DNA of 64,000 bases from Octopus sinensis (taxonomy: Eukaryota). The stretch's first letter is position 1. Each line of letters starts with the position of its first letter. The position numbers were made by a program, and so were the translations under genes. Of the stretch, positions 1 to 13,240 are shown piece by piece. The notes beneath the pieces are model-generated. The model was given only the letters and a program-made list of their open reading frames with translations. It had not been told where the DNA came from and searched no databases. The stretch is from assembly GCF_006345805.1 (NCBI RefSeq), contig NC_043017.1, positions 27,590,001 to 27,654,000 on the forward strand, read 5' to 3'.

Positions 1-220
1 AACACACGCACCGGTGAAACTTCCACGTATTTCTTATTTCATTTTCCTACTTATTTTCGTTTCGTCTTGCAACCTTTGCAATAGTTTTGACTCTTGAAAA
101 CGTTGCAAGACACACGAAATTTTAGGAAAATAAAAATAAGGAATAAGTTTAAATTTTACCGGTAAGTGTATTAAATTATAATGCACAAAAAGAAAACGAT
201 TCTCCCCAGACACAACAGAC
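1..220. repeat. Fold-back module A (left-truncated copy)
   Basis: Near-identical to 1026-1248; imperfect palindrome centred on tcttgcaacc...cgttgcaaga; ends in (TA)n. Confidence 0.8.
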
Positions 221-254
221 TATATATATATATATATATATTATATAATTATAT

Positions 255-498
255 AAACAAAATTAGGGTATAAATTCAAACTTACAGGGAAAATCAGATT
301 TAGGATTGAATCCAATTTTATAGTAAAATATTATGTTATATTAAATTAGAGATAAAACCACTATTAGGCAAATAATACGATGAAAAACTTAAGCCAATAT
401 AGGATTATTTAATTTATATTAAGTTAAATAATCTTATGTATTGGCTTAAGTTTTTCATTGTATGATTGCCTAATAGTGGCTTAATCTCTAATTTAATT

Positions 499-500
<2 letters not shown>
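255..500. repeat. Fold-back module B, copy 1
   Basis: taaattagagat..ccactattaggca..gaaaaacttaagccaata pairs with tattggcttaagtttttc..tgcctaatagtgg..atctctaatttaa; flanked by (TA)n; repeated at 1280-1530. Confidence 0.8.
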
Positions 501-556
<56 letters not shown>

Positions 557-886
557 CTTTATAATTAGGGTTCAGCAAAGATTTGCCGAAGTTTAGAAAT
601 AGCAGTCAAAAACCTTTGCTATTTCTTCTACTTTAAAACAGTCTCCCAGAAAAAACCAAAGTACTTGAAAACAATCTACGTTTTTCTGGATGTCCCTTTT
701 AAAGTAGAAGAAATAGCAAATGTTTTTGTCTGCTATTTCTAAACTTTGGTATGTTGTAAAGCAAATCTTTGCTGAACCCTAATTATAAATTATTACTTAA
801 GCTTACCATGAAATGGTCTTTTTCATGCCGAATTCTACTTGGTGAAATTACTGATTACTTCTTAATTAATTAATTTTACCCTTTTT

Positions 887-890
<4 letters not shown>
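557..890. repeat. Fold-back module C
   Basis: tttataattagggttcagcaaagatttgc ... gcaaatctttgctgaaccctaattataaa inverted arms; related sequence at 10243-10372 and 31565-31720. Confidence 0.8.
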
Positions 891-920
<30 letters not shown>

Positions 921-922
<2 letters not shown>

Positions 923-1244
923 CGTTTTGGGATTTGGTTTGCAAGATTCTTTATGTGAGTTCGTGTGTTTAAGTATATTCTGTTGTGTCTGAGGAGAGTC
1001 ATTTTCTTTTTGTGCCTTAAAATTTAACACACTCACCGGTGAAACTTCCACGTATTTCTTATTTTCATTTTCCTAATATTTTCGTTTCGTCTTGCAACCT
1101 TTGCAATAGTTTTGACTCTTGAAAACGTTGCAAGACACAACGAAAATTTTAGGAAAAATAAAAATAAGGAATAAGTTTAAATTTTACCGGTAAGTGTATT
1201 AAATTATAATGCACAAAAAGAAAACGATTCTCCCCAGACACAAC

Positions 1245-1248
<4 letters not shown>
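921..1248. repeat. Fold-back module A, full copy
   Basis: ctgttgtgtctg..ttttctttttgtgc..accggt pairs with accggt..gcacaaaaagaaaa..cagacacaacag; between (TA)n tracts. Confidence 0.8.
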
Positions 1249-1279
<31 letters not shown>

Positions 1280-1281
<2 letters not shown>

Positions 1282-1526
1282 AACAAATATTAGGGTATAA
1301 ATTCAAACTTACAGGGAAAATCAGATTTAGGATTGAATCCAATTTTATAGTAAAATATTATGTTATATTAAATTAGAGATAAAACCACTATTAGGCAAAT
1401 CATACAATGAAAAACTTAAGCCAATACATAGAATTATTTAATTTATATTAAGTTAAATAATCTTATGTATTGGCTTAAGTTTTTCATTGTATGATTTGCC
1501 TAATAGTGGCTTAATCTCTAATTTAA

Positions 1527-1530
<4 letters not shown>
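1280..1530. repeat. Fold-back module B, copy 2
   Basis: Direct repeat of 255-500 at ~1026 bp period. Confidence 0.8.
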
Positions 1531-1569
<39 letters not shown>

Positions 1570-1577
1570 ATATATAT

Positions 1578-1860
1578 CGTTTAGTCATGGCGGTACTAAC
1601 AAACAGACGTACAACGATTCAGGGTCAGAGTACGGTGCGTAATATCAAATTGCATCAGTGACAAAGGAACGGAAGATTCTGCATTGAACTTGATTAGCTT
1701 ACAGCTGTTTCTCCTGTGTGATATAGAGCACTCAGAACTGAGTACTTGTGTACTACCACGTATCCTTCTCGGAGCTTCGAAAATGAAGCTTCAAGGAGGC
1801 TGTAGGCTAATGAAATTCTTTGCATAGTTTTCCGTTCCATTGTCATCTATTTCATTCACA
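1578..1860 (-). mobile_element. TA-adjacent fold-back module D with degenerate hammerhead-like motif (Penelope-like terminal fragment)
   Basis: tgacaaaggaacggaa..ttagcttacagc pairs with gctgtaggctaa..ttccgttccattgtca; minus strand reads GAAA-CAGCTG-UA. Confidence 0.5.
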
Positions 1861-2076
1861 AAATATCCTTCCTCCTACTAACATGGAATAAAAACTCTTT
1901 ATGATAGCATGAAATTGTAACATTATCGTTAGCTTCTGTCATGATTACCACAAGCGAATCTGTTCGGCTATATAAATATTTGATTTTACACATAGACACA
2001 CGCACGTAAACACGTACACTAACATGCACATACACGCATACAAGCGCACATATTTTCTCCAACATAAAATTTCAAG

Positions 2077-2229
2077 TTATCTTTTTACGGCATCGAAGGA
2101 ATTGAAATTCTTATCATTAAGACTATTCTGCAAAGACCTGATTAAGTGGAAATCCGAAGGAGCAATACCTGGTGAATATAGAGGGCGGGGTAACACATCC
2201 CAGCGGAGCTGCAGCAATTTTTTTCTGGT
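2077..2229 (-). pseudogene. Mariner transposase C-terminal relic
   Basis: Translates TRKKLLQLRWDVLPRPLYSPGIAPSDFHLIRSLQNSLNDKNFNSFDAVKR*, matching the mariner motif WEVLPHPPYSPDLAPSDYHLFRSL. Confidence 0.88.
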
Positions 2230-2531
2230 TTCCAGAACATCAAATGCCGAAAATGAACGTTCTTATCTTCCATTTTAAAGGGTTATACAATTAACAGAGG
2301 TTATAGGAATAGAAACCTTCTGTAGTCAAATCCTGTTTTATGGACTCAACCATGTTCTAAGATAAGTCGAAAGGTCATCAGTCATTGACCACAAGCCGTT
2401 CATAAGAGGTCTACTCGACCATGATAGACCCGGTGTTAAAGAATAAAAACATAAAAGAAAAAAAAAACATCAATCGGATCTTATGGAAAAGAATCCGAGT
2501 TAATTTTTTTTTTATATTTTACCCTTCATAT

Positions 2532-2683
2532 GGGCAGGCGAGTATGTGGATTGGTTTCCAACTACATGGTTCCGGGTTCAGTCCCATTGCGTGGCACTGG
2601 TGACAAGTGTTTTTGACACTAACCTCGGGTTGACTAAAGTCCTGTGTGTGGGTTTGGTAGATGGAAACAGAAAGAAGCCCGTC

Positions 2684-2734
<51 letters not shown>

Positions 2735-2980
2735 GTGTGTGTGTGTGTGTGTGTGTGCGCATGTATTTGTGAGTGTCTACGTTTCTCTTCCTGCCGTGGC
2801 TTGACAACCGATGCTGGTGTGTTTATGTCACCCGTAATTTAGCAGTTCGGCCTATGAATTCATACTAGGTTTACAAAGAATAAGTCCTGGATTCGATTTT
2901 TTCGGCTAAAGCCCTTCAAGGCGTTGCACGAACATGGTGCAGTCAAATAACTGAAACAGTTTAAAGAATTAAGAGAACAA
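2532..2980 (+). mobile_element. tRNA-derived SINE family A (CORE-like), diverged copy
   Basis: ggttccgggttcagtccc B-box-like head, internal (TG)/(TA) tract, tail gcagtcaaataactgaaaca. Confidence 0.8.
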
Positions 2981-3080
2981 AAGAAACTCTAGTTCCCAGC
3001 GCAGATCGATATCAGGTTTTGAAATTAGCATTTAGAAGATTTCATTAAGTTTTTGTCTCCGCTTATACAGTATATATTCA

Positions 3081-3849
3081 AGGCGGCGAGCTGGCAGAAA
3101 CGTTAGCACGCCGGACGAAATGCGTAGCCGTCTTTCGTCTGCTGCTACGTTCAGAGTTCAAATTTCCGCCGAGGTCAAATTTGCTTTTCATGGTTTCGGG
3201 GTCGATTAAATAAGTACCAGTTACGCACTGGGGTCGATGTAATCGACTTAATCCGTCTGTCTGTCCTTGTTTGTCCTCTCTGTGTTTAGTCCCTTGTGGG
3301 CAGTAAAGAAAAAGGTATTTCTTCTGTCTTTACGTTCTGAGTTCAAATTCCGCCGATTACGACTTTGCCTTTTATTCTTTCAGGGTCGATTAAATAAGTA
3401 CCAGTTACGCACTGGGGTTGATATAATCGACTTAATCCGTTTGTCTGTCCCTGTTTGTCCCCTCTGTATGTAGCCCCTTGTGGACAGTAAAGAAATAGGT
3501 ATTTCTTCTGTCTTTACGTTCTGAGTTCAAATTCCGCCGATGACGACTTTGCCTTTCATTCTTTCAGGGTCGATTAAATAAGTACCAGTTACGCACTGGG
3601 TTGATATAATCAACTTAATCCGTTTGTCTGTCCTTGTTTGTCCCCTCTGTGTGTAGCCCCTTGTGGATAGTAAAGAAATTGGTATTTCGTCTGTCTTTAC
3701 GTGCTGAGTTCAAATTCCGCCGAAGTCGAATCTGCCTTTTATCCTTTCGAGGTCGATAACTGAAATTCCAGTGGCGTACTGGGGTCGATCTAATCGACTG
3801 ACCTACCCCGCCCAACAAAAATGTCCGGCCTTGTGCCTAGAGTAGAATA
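3081..3849 (+). mobile_element. SINE family B: one full copy plus three head-less tandem units
   Basis: Head aggcggcgagctggcagaaacgttagc; body ttctgagttcaaattccgccga..gcctttcat..gggtcgat restarts at 3314, 3498, 3681 (~183-184 bp period). Confidence 0.9.
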
Positions 3850-5139
3850 CATGACACGTATTCATTTCTTTTCTATTGAGTTAGGATACATTCCCCGTCT
3901 TTGAAGAAATGTTAGTGCATACATCTTAAATGATACAATGGGAAACACGAAATGATGAAGCGAAAAAAAATATAGTTTTAGACGTTTGAATGTCAGACTG
4001 TCAGACATTTTAGCAGTTGCTGTCGTCAAGGTAAAGGAAACCCATCTTTATTATCTTAAATCAGATATACACTCACACACATAAACGCACATACACATAC
4101 TTATTCATGTGTATGTACTATATACACATATATATTTATATATATATATTTTTTTCCTACATTTTCTGTTTTCTTTAACGTTTTAATGCCATTTTTTCTA
4201 AAGCCTTTTTCTAAAGCTTATTTCTATCTTTTATTGCCTTTTGTTGTTTTTTCGTTACCTTTCGTTCCCTCTCGTTAACTTTCGTTTTCCTTACACTAAG
4301 TCGGTGCATCATAAATAAGATATTTCTGTGAAGTGAAAAAAATAAAGCAAGAAAATGTATTATTTTCTCCTCAATTAACTAATCTTGACATCTGAAAGAA
4401 TCTGCCTCAGCTCTTCAACTATCAGCGTTGTGGTAGGTAGTTTTTTTCATGCTGTAATACTTGTCGTTTTAGCTTTGGAATGAGGCACTGGAATGAATAT
4501 TCTACAAGTGCTTGACATATCTCTGGCATTTAAATAGTGATTCGTCAAATTTAGCAATTCGTGTTTTCATCCCAAGAGGCAGAGGCGTGAAATTGTCACT
4601 TCTCTGTCTAAAGTAGTTATTATTGACTCGTTCTATACTCTGGAATTACTATTAACACTCCGAATCCCTTCGCCAATCGTTATCAGCACCAGCCACATTA
4701 CAGACATCACAACACTCATTAAAACTGCCTTAAGAAGGTGAAACATTCACCTAAATTGAGAAGAATATCAAAAAATATTGTACTAGTACACAAAAAAAAT
4801 AATAAAATAAAGGATTGTGACATCAGGAAAGTTTAAAACAACACCAGACACAAAATACCCCACCAAAAATTTTAATAAATATTTCTCTAAGCAAGCGTTT
4901 ACATCTTTGATAACATTACAAAGAATATTTAACTGCAGACCAGCCAAAGCATATTAGCAATTTGCTCCCAAATACTTTTATGTTCTGTCTCAGACTCTCG
5001 TCCATCTTGCATCTGTCTCTCCCCTTCCCTCTACCTCTCAATCTGTCTTGCTCTTTCTATTTCTCCTTTTCTCTCTCTCTCTGTCTCTGTACGTATTTCT
5101 ACCCTTCTGTTCTCATATATATATATGTATATATATATA

Positions 5140-5825
5140 TACAAAATGGGACAAGAACGCAAAACATCCGAACAACTAGGTGATTACAAAATGGGACAAC
5201 AAAACATCCACATAGATGATACATAATAACAAGGAGGGGTCGTTCAAAGCCTTCTATCCCCAGTATAGAATCAGATTATCCTCGCAATTTCGACTGATAT
5301 ATATATATATAATATATATTTATATTGAGGTTATAATAGGTAATGGTGTAATTGAGACCCAAAGGTGTCAGGTAATGCTGAATAAGTGCTATAGACAGAC
5401 CATAGTTAACTTTCAGGTTCGGTAATTTTGCCAAAAATGGGTTCAACTTTGGTTCTTTGTCAGCGTGTGTATATAAGAATTTTTTGCGTAACGAAATAAA
5501 AGCCAAGGCTGTGTAGATATTATAACATCTATAAATGTTACAATATCTACACAGCCTTATAAATATATATATAATTTGTGTGGTGTGTGTGTGTGGGCAC
5601 AGGATATCACGAAGCGTGTACAACAAAAATGTACGAAGCAAGAGTACATTGAACATGAATTGTTCTTTGGAATTAGTCAGTTTAGTATGAAGCACAGTTT
5701 TAAGTGTCGGATCGTGCAAATCATTGAACATATACCGGTGTAGACCATGTAGTATCCTGAGAGATTCTATCATCAAACGTCCCCCTAAATTCAAATTCAT
5801 CGTAGTCATAACACACCGTCAGACT
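5140..5825. mobile_element. Three TA-delimited inserts, probably Penelope-like fragments
   Basis: Non-microsatellite blocks separated by (TA)n; minus-strand LRKKFLYTHADKEPKLN weakly resembles a GIY-YIG C-terminal P.LN motif; 24-bp hairpin at 5505-5558. Confidence 0.35.
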
Positions 5826-5950
5826 TATATATATATATAATGGCGGTGCCCTGCCATGGTCACAGCTCGTGAGCTGAAACTAGATGAAATGGAAATGAAA
5901 AATATAAATATATATTCATATATATATGCATTTATATATGCATATATGTA

Positions 5951-5985
<35 letters not shown>

Positions 5986-6519
5986 ATGCAAGCATTTTGA
6001 TTGTTATTTCTATGTATTGAAAATTCTTAGAAACACGTTCCAATATTTTTAGATATAACTATAAAACAACCATAATTTTGTAATTATGACAATTGCAGAT
6101 AGATAGATAAATAGATAGAAGCAGAGAGAGAGAAAGAAAGATAGAAAAGTGAGAAAGATAGAGAGAGAGACAGACAGACCAAGATAAACATTACACGATG
6201 TAGATGCTGTTTGAAGCCCCGTTCTCAGATGAGGACATCATGGTGTGAAAGATACAATCAAAGAAATAATTCATGATCACAACAACCTGTGACGAATTTT
6301 GAACATCGTATGTTATTCTCTTAACAGAATCACGCATGCCTACAGATATTTACGCTGACGAACTGCCTCATATGTACACATGTGGGGATGTCTGTGTATT
6401 TGTTGTTTAAATGAAATAATCATAACATTCTTGATCCCTTTGAAATGCGCAATACGTAGGTTTCTCTATATGCCTATATTCCTCTCTCACTTTTCGTCTT
6501 ATATACTGTCATATACGGA

Positions 6520-7160
6520 CATATATATATATATATATATAATAATATATAATATATATATATATACATATATATATACATATATATATATATATACATA
6601 TATATATACATATAATATTATCTCATATATTATACATATATATATATATATAACCATATATATATATATATATATAATATATATATATGTACGGGCTCAC
6701 ACACCTATACACACCTACATACATACATACTACATACATAAGAGAGATATAGAGAGAACGAGTGAGTGTGAGGTATATCAAAATATACACGGTCCTAAAC
6801 GTATATAACACACACACATATATATAATATATATTAGTATATACATTATATGTAGATGTTTATATATGTATATATCAAATACACATATATATATTATATA
6901 TACATATATATACATGCATATATATATATGTACATTGTGTTTATATATGTATATATATATACATATACACACATATATATATATATAATATATATATATA
7001 TATACATATACACATATATATACATATACACATATATATATATACATATACACATATATATATATATATACATATACACATATATATATATACATATACA
7101 CACATATATATATATATACATACATACATATATATATATACACACATGTATATACGTGTA
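6520..7160. repeat. Compound (TA)n/(TACA)n microsatellite
   Basis: Visible dinucleotide tract; source of the YI/IY ORFs. Confidence 0.95.
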
Positions 7161-7387
7161 TATGAATATCTACGTCTGTTTTCTTATGCAGGCATGTATT
7201 ATTTTTATGTACGTGTTACTGTCTGTGCGCATTTGCACTTGCAAGGAGCCAGCTATGCGTATGTACGTTTAAACATGCGCGAGGATGATTGATGACCAGG
7301 AATAGTTATTTGCCCATCTGTATTTGAATCACATTTGTGTATGTTTGATTTGGTCTTTTTATCTCTCCAACACTTCTTCTACATATC

Positions 7388-7421
<34 letters not shown>

Positions 7422-8052
7422 CCATTTATATACATATATTTGTGTGTGTGTGTAAACGCATACAAACATATGTATATATAATTTGTACATGTACATATAT
7501 ACACACACATATATCTGTGTATGTATGTATGTATGTATGTATATTTGCGTTTAAGCATGCATGAATGTATGCTGGTACGTAGGCACATACGTGTGTATTT
7601 AAATATATCATATATTTGTTGTGTTGTGTCTGTGTATTTTTTTATTTTGATGAAATCTTATAAGCTTATACTTTGTGTCTTTTAGGATAAGAAAAATAAA
7701 TATACAAGACCGAAAACAATATACAAAGATGTCAGAAATTTTGTTTTTTGCATTGTAGTTATTTTTTTCCCGTATATCTCCTTTTTTTTTTTTGTTTTTC
7801 GTTTTTGTTTCTGGCGGTAAATTGTCAGAATATGCGTGGCATCAGAGTGAACTGCCGACGCTGGTAGGAAACAATGGCTTCGAGAATATTTATTTGCGCG
7901 TGTCACATACGGATGCCAAAAGTTATCAATGATATTTTGATCTTCCATTGAATAAGTAAACGTTATTACCGAATCAAGTGCTGGTCGACAGTCAGTAGCT
8001 AAGTCAACATGTAGATGCTGAATAACGAGTCATGTCGAGGTGAGAGTATATA

Positions 8053-8127
<75 letters not shown>

Positions 8128-8459
8128 TTGTATATATGGATAGAAGAAGAATCCGACCTTGTAAGGTGAATGAAAAGTGACAGCCTGACACTTCTTAGAT
8201 AAAACTAAATGTGGCTATTAACGATTATAATACAACAATTCATGCTAAAACCTATCTACTTGACAGCTCTGGCTTTTTACAAACATAAGAAAATTTTCGA
8301 CGCATTGGTAAAGTTGTTACAGCGTAAAATAATCTTACCCTCTTTGTTCTGGTTTTCTGTGTTCAGAGCTGAAATCGTGACGAAGTCATCTTGCCCGTGC
8401 TTTTCTTCCAGTTTCGATAAAATAATGTTCTTGTTCAAGTTCATGGGGTGTCAGTATTT

Positions 8460-8740
8460 CTAGGGCTTCGGAAGAGAAACGTTCAGTTATTTATTCCAGC
8501 TCTTTTGTATGCCGAGTTCTTGTCTGGTAGATCGAGCAAGCCCATCGCCCAAATTAATTTCAGCATCTTGTCCTTGATAGATTATCGTGGAGTTCAATGG
8601 TGCCCTCTCAGATTTATAACGATACACTTAAGCATCATTAACAATTAGTTCCAACCCCGAATATTCTGAGACACCCGAGCCACCAAAGTTTCACCACAGT
8701 TATGACTCATATGTCGTTCTACATGTCTGTGTCAGTATAC
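8460..8740 (-). pseudogene. Possible highly decayed non-LTR reverse transcriptase fragment
   Basis: Frame-shifted pieces KLWWLGCLRIFGV, YQGQDAEINLGDG..ELGIQ and TERFSSEALE loosely follow RTE-type RT motif order. Confidence 0.3.
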
Positions 8741-9476
8741 ATTATTTCGATGTGATCGATTATACATCTACGTTATTCTTGCCATTATTTTGCTCTTTGT
8801 GAAAGACTTTCAATTCAAACTCTTTTCACCATTCGAGCTGTTAATTTCACAATTTAAAATGATGTATCTAGTTATCGAATTCGATTAAGAAACAAGTTAT
8901 ACATTAATTAACAACATATAAGAATACCATACAAAGTGAGGTGTTGGAAAGAGAAGCGGAAAGATTACAACTCCAGACGCTGTTTGCTCTGTACTCAACT
9001 TCTACGAAGGAACATATTTAACACTTTCATATTTCTGGTGTCAATCAACTTCGAACGTGTGCTGTACTGCATTTTACCAACTCATGTTTTACGCTGTAAC
9101 ACTTGCTCTTGTTCAGAACGAAACAAAATCACTGATACACGCACTGCAAACAAAATTTCATATAAAACAATTAGCAAAACTATTGATTGGTTTATATTCG
9201 TTTCGTCGTTAGCAAACCAACTTTTGTTCACAGGTATATGTGTAATTAATTAACTGCGTTGCAACTGAGGCAACAGCACCAGCTTTTATTTATTCTGGAA
9301 TTATCTCCGTCCTTAATCGCACTTGTTGCGAAGACGATCAATATTGTGGTACACTGTATTCCTTCTGCCAATTATCCAACGACAAACGATAATTGTATGA
9401 TTGGTAACTGTTTCAATTCTTCATACATTTGAGTAACTTGCAACCTGTTCGTTTAGCTTCAATGTTAGGGTGGTGA

Positions 9477-9820
9477 AAGGCGGTTAGCTGTTAACATTGT
9501 TTGTTCGCTGCGCAAAATGTTTAAGGTTTATTTGGTCCTTCTGCACGTTCTTAGTTCAAATTACGATGAGGTCTTCTTCGCCTTTCGTCCACTTGGAGTC
9601 GATAAAACAAGTGACAGTTGAACACTGGAATTGATTTGATCAAAGAAAACCCTTGACCAAAAACGCTAACATTATGACAAAATTACAAACGAATATTTGG
9701 TTAGGGAACGTGACAAGTTGACATGACTATTAGCGAGAAGGAAGAAGTTTAAGTTCTGCTTAAGTTCTGAGTTCAAATTACACTCTTGGCGACTTTTCCT
9801 TTTATTCTTTCACTGTCGAT
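9477..9820 (+). mobile_element. Two old, diverged SINE family B fragments
   Basis: aaggcggttagctg head; ttcttagttcaaattac and ttctgagttcaaattac; cctttcgtcc..gtcgataaaacaagt. Confidence 0.6.
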
Positions 9821-10204
9821 GACGTTTTACCAAAACCTGAAACCTTTCGGTTAGGTTTGGGGTCGGGGGTCGGAAATGGGTTGTTTTCTTGAAACCTTTG
9901 CTAAACAAGTGTAAGAAGGTTATTTCCCTGCTTATATCTTTTATATGTAGCGATCCTGGGGCCCCGCTTTCAAGATCTTTTAGTTGAATATATCCACCGC
10001 AGTAATTATTTTGTTTATTTTTTTATATTTTATATACATATATTATTCATACACATACGACGGGCCGCTTTCAATTTCCATATATATACATATATAAATA
10101 TATATGCGTGTATATGTACATGTAGAGGTAGGTACGTACATATATGTTTATATATATATATGTAGGTTGTATTTTATTTATAACACATATATTATATATA
10201 TATA

Positions 10205-10242
<38 letters not shown>

Positions 10243-10372
10243 TTAATAATTAGGGTTCAGCAAAGATTTGCTTACCACATAACGAAGTTTAGAAATAGCA
10301 GCCAAAAACCTTAGCTATTACTTCTACTTTAAAAAGGGACTCCGAGAAAGACATGCAAGTGTCTTTCTTGGT
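10243..10372. repeat. Single arm of module C family next to (TA)n
   Basis: taattagggttcagcaaagatttgc..gaagtttagaaatagcag..aaaaacct matches 562-640. Confidence 0.8.
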
Positions 10373-10633
10373 GCGTGAAGAACGCTTTCACACTCGGTTA
10401 CAGAACAAGATATGGTTCTCCTGCATTTCCTTACGAACATAGAGAATTATATAAACTCAAGTATATTGATACATACACGCAAACACAGAAGTACACATTT
10501 CATGTTCATATATACAAAACCAAACGAACATGTGTGTGTGTGTATGTAATATACACACGTGCTTAGTTACTTTATAAATACATATATATAATAATATTAT
10601 ATAATACAAAACAATATTATAAGATATGATATA

Positions 10634-10669
<36 letters not shown>

Positions 10670-11689
10670 TGTATGTATGTATGTATATATGTACGTATAT
10701 ATGTACATATGTATGTATATATGTATATATATATGTACGTATATATGTGTGTGTATATATGTGTGCGTATATATATATATATGTGTGCGTATATATATAT
10801 ATGTGTTGTATATATGTGTATATATATACGTATGTGTGTGTGTATATATATATGCGTATGTGTGTGTATTTATATACATATATATATGGCTGTGTGATCG
10901 TATGGTTGTACTTCTATATACGTGTATATATGCTTCCTTTCCGCCTTTTATTTTTCTTGCTTGCGTCAGTGTATCTACTATCTGTTGTCAGCGTTCTCGT
11001 TATTGTCCTCAGGATATTATAACGATAATCAATACGCCCTTATCATTCATATTTATCCTCTTATATTATACATTGCCTTCTCAAAGTTCGAGTTGTTTTG
11101 TAAAATTCGACATTCGACTTACCACGTTTTCAGTACAAACTACACTTCATCTAACCCCCTTTGCTACTTACATTTTCACAGTATTGATACCTATTTATCT
11201 ATTAATATCATTTTATCTTCTTCTAGTTTCCTTTATTTCCTTTTAGTTTCTGAGTTGTTGCACCACTTTGCTTTACTGGAAGCCCATGCTTTGAAGACAT
11301 CAATGAAGAGCATTATTTGTATGTTTTATCTGTTATGTTTCGATTGGTGAGCCACTTCATAAAAGCCACCATTCACCAGCGACAAACTTTTATACCATAT
11401 TATATACATTCACACAATCGACCAACCACACACTCACAGTCGCAGACGCACCCAGACACGCACACAAACACAAACATACATACAGACACAAGTATATACA
11501 TATACTTATTTTACACACATATTACATATATATATATATATGTAATATATACACATAGACATGTATATATATATGTATATTTATGTGATATGTATATAAT
11601 ATGTATATGTATATAATATATATATATAATATATATATATGTGTATGCATATAATATATATGTATATATAATATATATGAAAATCTAGA

Positions 11690-11770
11690 TAATATATATC
11701 ATATATATATATATACACAAATATGAATATATATATATATATGCATATATATATATATACACAAATATGA

Positions 11771-11805
<35 letters not shown>

Positions 11806-12074
11806 CACAAATATGAATATATATATATATATATATGCTATATATATAATATAACACAAATATGAATATATATATATATATAATATGCATATATAATATA
11901 TACACAAATATGATATATATAATATATATATATATGCATATTATATATAATATACACAAAATATGAATATATATATATATATATATGCATATAATATATA
12001 TACACAAATATGAATATATTATATATATGCATATATATATATATACACAAAATATGAATATATATATATATATA

Positions 12075-12112
<38 letters not shown>

Positions 12113-12138
12113 AATATGAATATATTTTTATATATATA

Positions 12139-12174
<36 letters not shown>

Positions 12175-12195
12175 CACAAATATGAATATATATTA
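11690..12195. repeat. TA-derived minisatellite (ACACAAATATGAA + (TA)n + TGCA)
   Basis: Recurring acacaaatatgaa spacer between variable TA runs. Confidence 0.85.
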
Positions 12196-12494
12196 TATAC
12201 ATTTACATACGTACTGATATACTTGAAAGTGTCTATTAATTTGTGCCTACCATATCTATTATGAATATTAGCTTGGCCTATTGTTTGTGGCGTTGGCGCT
12301 CCTGCTTAGGGCTCCAAGGACAGCGATGGTACTTATGGACATCAATAATTTCTTACACAATTGCCTTTTGTATTGATATCATATATTTGTTTCTGGCCTT
12401 TGTTTTTTTTTTTCCCGTCAATCTGTTTACTGCTATTTCTTTTAGGCAAGTGAATGCAATTATATATATAATTATATATATATATATATATATA

Positions 12495-12510
12495 TTAACA
12501 TTACATATAC

Positions 12511-12553
<43 letters not shown>

Positions 12554-13240
12554 TACATATATATATACACATTACATATATATATATATACACATTACAT
12601 ATATATATACACATTACATATATATATATACACATTACATATATATATATATACACATTACATATATATATATATATACACATTACATATATATATATAT
12701 ATAACATTACATATATATATATATATATACACATTACATATATATATATATATATACACATTACATATATATATATATATACATTACATATATATAAATA
12801 TACACATTACATATATATATATATACACATTACATATATATATATATACACATTACATATATATATATATATACACATTACATATATATATATATATATA
12901 TACACATTACATATATATATATATATACACATTACATATATATATATATATATACACATTACATATATATATATATATACACATTAATATATATATATAT
13001 ATATACACATTACATATATATATATATATATACACATTACATATATATATATATATATACACATTACATATATATATATATATATATACACATTATATAT
13101 ATATATATACACATTACATATATATATATATATATACACATTACATATATATATATATACACATTACATATATATATATATACACATACATATATATATA
13201 TATACACATTACATATATATATATATACACATTACATATA
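12495..13240. repeat. TA-derived minisatellite (CACATTACA + (TA)n), about 30 units
   Basis: cacattacat recurs every ~20-26 bp. Confidence 0.92.

Noticed and set aside
6380-7272. Long YI/IY/HT-rich ORFs (also at 10.5, 11.6, 26-29, 32.5, 43.2, 45.6, 49 and 50 kb)
   Set aside because: Translations of (TA)/(CA)/(TG) microsatellites, which lack stop codons
12243-12450. Hydrophobic ORF start resembling a transmembrane exon
   Set aside because: In-frame stop just upstream, no convincing acceptor, and the remainder is microsatellite
12495-13240. CRISPR-like repeat/spacer pattern
   Set aside because: The spacers are only TA runs, the context is eukaryotic, and no cas genes are present
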